A stretch of 32,629 nucleotides of DNA from Bacteroidales bacterium (GTDB taxonomy: Bacteria > Bacteroidota > Bacteroidia > Bacteroidales > JAADGE01). Below are positions 29,099 through 32,629 of the stretch, piece after piece. Below the pieces are notes generated by a model. It had not been told where the DNA came from and searched no databases. It saw only the letters and a list, made by a program, of their open reading frames with translations. The stretch's first letter is position 1. Every line of letters begins with the position of its first letter. The DNA lies in NCBI GenBank assembly GCA_029932445.1, contig JAOZQB010000003.1:1-32629 (forward strand). Reading direction: 5' to 3'. The position numbers were made by a program, and so were the translations under genes.

Positions 29099-32000
29099 TT
29101 AATCTGCTTTAATAAATCTTGATGTTGATGATAATCCGTTATTGTTATAGAATGTAATTAAATAAATACCGGTTTTTAAATTTTTGGTATTTAAGCTTAG
29201 TTCTGAGGAATTATTATTTTCAACTATCATAACATTTTGACCCGTTATATTTGTAATTACGATTTTTTTAACCTTATCTGTATTTTTTACAAATAATTCT
29301 GAGTTAACAGGGTTTGGATATATACGAATGTTGTCAGACCAAATATTTTCAACACTTAAGTATGTAACCGGACCGTACCAATCACTTAAAGCAGGTATTC
29401 CGGTAAAATAATCACTTCCCCCCGTAAGAGCAACAGGTGTTACTTCAAATGCGATATATTTATCGTGTAAATCATCTGTAACTGTTAAAGTGGAATTGGT
29501 TGCTCCGAGAACCGTATTTATATTAGTTCCCGTATTATCATCTGCTCGGTACCATTTATATATTGAAGTACCTTCAAGGTCACCGTTTGCGTCAGAATAT
29601 GTATAACTTCCTGTTAATACAGCGTCAACATTAAGATTTCCGGTGATTGTTACATCTGTTGCTTCCGGAGCGGCAGCATTAACAAGATTCAATACATCAG
29701 CCGGACCGAATGCAGCAAGCGGCATTCCGTCAAAAGCAGCTACTGTTCCGTTACCGTTATAAGCAATGGTTACTTCATCACCCTCTGAAACAGCAGAAGC
29801 TAATACAAATGTGATTGTTTCATCAACACTTGAAATACCGGTAACTGCAATAGGAGTTCCGGCAGCTATAACTGTCCAGAATTCATTTCCTGAAACAGAA
29901 GCATCATCAATAATTTTAGTAAAATCGGCAGAAACAGATAAGCCGTCTAAAGATGTTTCTGCAGAAACAAATTCCGGTAATACCATTTCTCCTTGATATC
30001 TGCCAAGTCCAAGATTCGTTTCTAAAATATATGTATTGTAAAAATCTCCGTCAACAGTCACATCAACTTCACCATACCATCCGTCAGTAATTGCTACATA
30101 CTCAGATGAATCAACTATTTGAAATGGTTGAGCCGTAATATCGGCGACAATGACACGTGCTCCTTTTTCTGAACCTGACCTTTGTGCTTGAAAGAAAGCA
30201 GCCATCATACGTCCTTTATAGTTAAATACATTCGGAGATGTTGCTTGATGACCTGAAATTGAATATTCATCAATACCTAAAATTGAAGTGATACTGTCTC
30301 CTGTACTACTATATATTGTAGGAGTAAATCCTTTTGCAGAAACTAATATATTTGCATTTGCATCAAGACTCAACGGAGAAGCTGCTGGTAATAAGTTTGT
30401 CGTGTTATGTAAAGTAATAATCTCAGCTGCTCCCGGAGTACCACCTGTAATGACCCAACGAACAACTTTGTCTGAACTTTGAACTGCTGCCATTACAATT
30501 GCATTTCCGGATACATCACCTGTTACTGTAAATTTTCCGATACGACCTAAAGAAGGATCCATTACAGAAAGCCATTCTGTTGGTGCTGCAGATTCATCTG
30601 CCCATTTATAAACAACAAATGGAGAGGTACTTGCATTAAGATTAAGTCCGCAAGATAAAATTTGTCCGTCGTCAGAAACTTCTACATCATTAATCGGAAA
30701 AAAACCGGCTGTAACTCCATCAGTATTCATTTTTCCAATGAAAGCCCCGTCATTTTTATCAATTATAAGTATATCACTTCCTGTCTTTCTACTTGCAACA
30801 TAAAGATGGTTTGCTCCTACTGCAAAACCGCGTTCAGTTGTTCCTGTTCCCAGATACCAAGGTAAAGCACCATACTTTTCGGATCCGACCCACATTCTTT
30901 CTAAGCCGTCTGTATTTGTGGAAGCAATTGAAGCATCAGCAGTATATGCCGACATCACAGTTGTTCCGACAGTTGTCGTTCCGCTGAGGGCAACCGGAGT
31001 TACTTCAACAGCAAAAAACTTTCCGATTTCGGCATCCGTTACAAGATAAGATCTTTTAACAGCTCCGGAAATTGCAGTTTGGTTAGTACCTGCAGCATCA
31101 TCTGCCACATACCATTGGAAAATAGATTCTCCTTCCGGATCAGCATTATAATCTGAGTAATCATAATATGCACTGAGTAATGTTTCTGATTCAGGAGTTC
31201 CGGAAACAGCAACATTCTCAGCTACGGGAGCTTCATCTATATAAGGTGCTATTGCTCCGACAGTAACCGCAAAAGCTTCAATACCGGCAGTACCGTCTTC
31301 TTGTACAGGTATTACACCAAAGAAAACAAATTTTCCTTCTTCGGCAGCAGTCAGAGTATAAGTCATTTCAACAGCTCCCGCGATAGCAGCTTGATTCGTA
31401 CCTCCGGCATCATCTGCTGTATACCATTGATATGTTGAAGCACCTTCGGGATCACCGTTAGCATCAAAATATGTATATGCTCCTGTAAGGACCATTCCAA
31501 CCTCTTCGATTCCTGAAATTGTAACATTGTTTGCAACAGGAGGAGCAGGAGCTGTAATAACAGCCTCCGCAGAATATGTACTTAAAACAGGATTACCAAT
31601 CAACAAACTACCTGTAGCTGCAACCGGAGTTACTTGAAAAGCAATATGTTTACCAACTTCATTTTCTGTTAAAGTATAAGTAAGATCTGTTGCTCCTACA
31701 ATTTCAACGGCATTTGTACCGGCTGCATCATCAGCAGCAAACCATTGATATGTTGAAGCACCTTCAAGGTCACCATCTGAATCAGAATATGTATATGTCG
31801 CTGTTAAAAGTTGCCCGGATGTTAGAACTCCTGTGAAAGCTACATTACTTGCTGTCGGAAACTCTTCAGATGAAGAAACAATTTGTGCTGATGGTGAACC
31901 AAGTACAGAAGTTCCTGTAAGAGTTGTCCCGCCTGATGCAACAGGTGTTACTTCAAATTTTACATATTTATTTACATCTGTTGCTGCAAGTGTATAAGTA

Positions 32001-32629
32001 AGAGCTGTTGCTCCTGCTATTTCTGTATATGTACCTTCGGGAGTATCGCTGTTTAGCCAGCGAAAAGTTGATGTTCCTTCGGGATCTCCGTTAAAATCAA
32101 TATATGTATACGATGCCGTAAGAACGACTCCTTCTTGAGGATTTCCTACAACTTTGATACCTGTGGCAATCGGTGCTGCATCAGTTGAAGCAAGCATTTT
32201 TATATAGTTACCACCGGATAAAGAATAAACAGCATAGGCTCCTTCAGGATTAACAACAATTGTTTGTTCTTGACCGTCACCATATTCAGAAGGCCAACCG
32301 GGAGCAACCGGTGCTGTTCCTGCTATGGTTTCAACAAATTCAGTTGCAGTAATATTTGAAAAATCAGTATTTGCACTTGTAATATCAATGATATGAAATG
32401 CTCCTCCGTCTGAAACACATAAATAAGTATTAGCACCGGCGGTAAATTGTTTAACATCTCCTGTTGTTCCTGTAAATAAAGCAGGATTAATACTGCCTAC
32501 AATATTACCTGCTCCATCAATAAAAGTAGGTGTTGTTGCAGAATTACTGTACCAGAATCCGTCGGAAATTCTTGTTCCGACAGCATTAATATGAACCCCG
32601 GTTCCTCCGGTTACTCCGTTTAAAGTTAG
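29099..32629 (-). CDS. Large T9SS type-A-sorted surface protein (5'-truncated): five AIR9/A9-like Ig repeats, DUF4623-like beta-propeller region, SwmB-like domain, CTD
   Basis: The frame stays open to the window end (LTLNGVTGGTGVHINAVG...), so the ATG at 32197 is internal. CTD: IRIYPNPVNSEL...LKTGIYLI...SRFIK. Repeat: LT.YTY.D.NGD.EG.S.YQW. Propeller-like: ERGFAVGANHLYVASR. Confidence 0.88.
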   Translation of the reverse strand, partial: LTLNGVTGGTGVHINAVGTRISDGFWYSNSATTPTFIDGAGNIVGSINPALFTGTTGDVKQFTAGANTYLCVSDGGAFHIIDITSANTDFSNITATEFVETIAGTAPVAPGWPSEYGDGQEQTIVVNPEGAYAVYSLSGGNYIKMLASTDAAPIATGIKVVGNPQEGVVLTASYTYIDFNGDPEGTSTFRWLNSDTPEGTYTEIAGATALTYTLAATDVNKYVKFEVTPVASGGTTLTGTSVLGSPSAQIVSSSEEFPTASNVAFTGVLTSGQLLTATYTYSDSDGDLEGASTYQWFAADDAAGTNAVEIVGATDLTYTLTENEVGKHIAFQVTPVAATGSLLIGNPVLSTYSAEAVITAPAPPVANNVTISGIEEVGMVLTGAYTYFDANGDPEGASTYQWYTADDAGGTNQAAIAGAVEMTYTLTAAEEGKFVFFGVIPVQEDGTAGIEAFAVTVGAIAPYIDEAPVAENVAVSGTPESETLLSAYYDYSDYNADPEGESIFQWYVADDAAGTNQTAISGAVKRSYLVTDAEIGKFFAVEVTPVALSGTTTVGTTVMSAYTADASIASTNTDGLERMWVGSEKYGALPWYLGTGTTERGFAVGANHLYVASRKTGSDILIIDKNDGAFIGKMNTDGVTAGFFPINDVEVSDDGQILSCGLNLNASTSPFVVYKWADESAAPTEWLSVMDPSLGRIGKFTVTGDVSGNAIVMAAVQSSDKVVRWVITGGTPGAAEIITLHNTTNLLPAASPLSLDANANILVSAKGFTPTIYSSTGDSITSILGIDEYSISGHQATSPNVFNYKGRMMAAFFQAQRSGSEKGARVIVADITAQPFQIVDSSEYVAITDGWYGEVDVTVDGDFYNTYILETNLGLGRYQGEMVLPEFVSAETSLDGLSVSADFTKIIDDASVSGNEFWTVIAAGTPIAVTGISSVDETITFVLASAVSEGDEVTIAYNGNGTVAAFDGMPLAAFGPADVLNLVNAAAPEATDVTITGNLNVDAVLTGSYTYSDANGDLEGTSIYKWYRADDNTGTNINTVLGATNSTLTVTDDLHDKYIAFEVTPVALTGGSDYFTGIPALSDWYGPVTYLSVENIWSDNIRIYPNPVNSELFVKNTDKVKKIVITNITGQNVMIVENNNSSELSLNTKNLKTGIYLITFYNNNGLSSTSRFIKAD
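30923..32176 (-). repeat. Four tandem ~105-aa Ig-like (A9-like) intragenic repeats, with a fifth copy near 29365-29673
   Basis: Repeated protein motif P.A..V...G....G..LT..Y.Y.D...D.EG.S..W..ADD..G....I.GA....Y.LT....GK...F.V.PV. At the DNA level ACCATTGATATGTTGAAGCACCTTC occurs twice. Confidence 0.85.

Noticed and set aside
193-30987. Many 60-165 aa ORFs antisense to or nested in long genes (e.g. 1297..1587, 8558..9052, 27792..28136)
   Set aside because: They overlap well-supported CDSs and have no recognisable motifs, so they are best read as shadow ORFs.
29365-32176. Nucleotide repeats considered as a CRISPR array or DGR template/variable repeats
   Set aside because: They are in-frame, diverged protein-domain repeats, with no spacers, cas genes or reverse transcriptase.

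Overview
This AT-rich window looks Bacteroidota/Bacteroidales-like (SusC/SusD pair, T9SS C-terminal domain, TTTG-N19-TAnnTTTG promoter) and has four blocks. (1) 1-5207 (+): the tail of a defence island, with a 5'-truncated ImmA/IrrE metallopeptidase, a PIN protein, type I R-M hsdR and a YgjP/M48-like metallopeptidase. (2) 5262-9780 (-): a putative lipid-modification trio of long-chain acyl-CoA ligase, YghO/bacterial-ceramide-synthase-like GNAT and CrtI/RetSat-like FAD oxidoreductase. (3) 10175-11255 (-): a self-contained two-gene cassette (unknown protein plus HEPN-like protein) with its own promoter and terminator. (4) 11429-32629 (-): the most interesting block, a co-oriented ~21 kb run that reads as a peptidoglycan foraging/salvage locus. 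In transcription order it holds a large T9SS-secreted Ig-repeat/propeller protein, SusC, SusD, GT2 paralogue A (ED motif changed to EN), a tandem GNAT (GlmA-like), AmpG with an inserted periplasmic Ig-like domain, GT2 paralogue B, a divergent ROK/ASKHA kinase, MurQ, a GHL10/DigH-like glycosidase and an FAD/Fe-S 2-hydroxyacid dehydrogenase that could use the D-lactate MurQ releases. All family calls come from motif recognition by eye; no database search was run.
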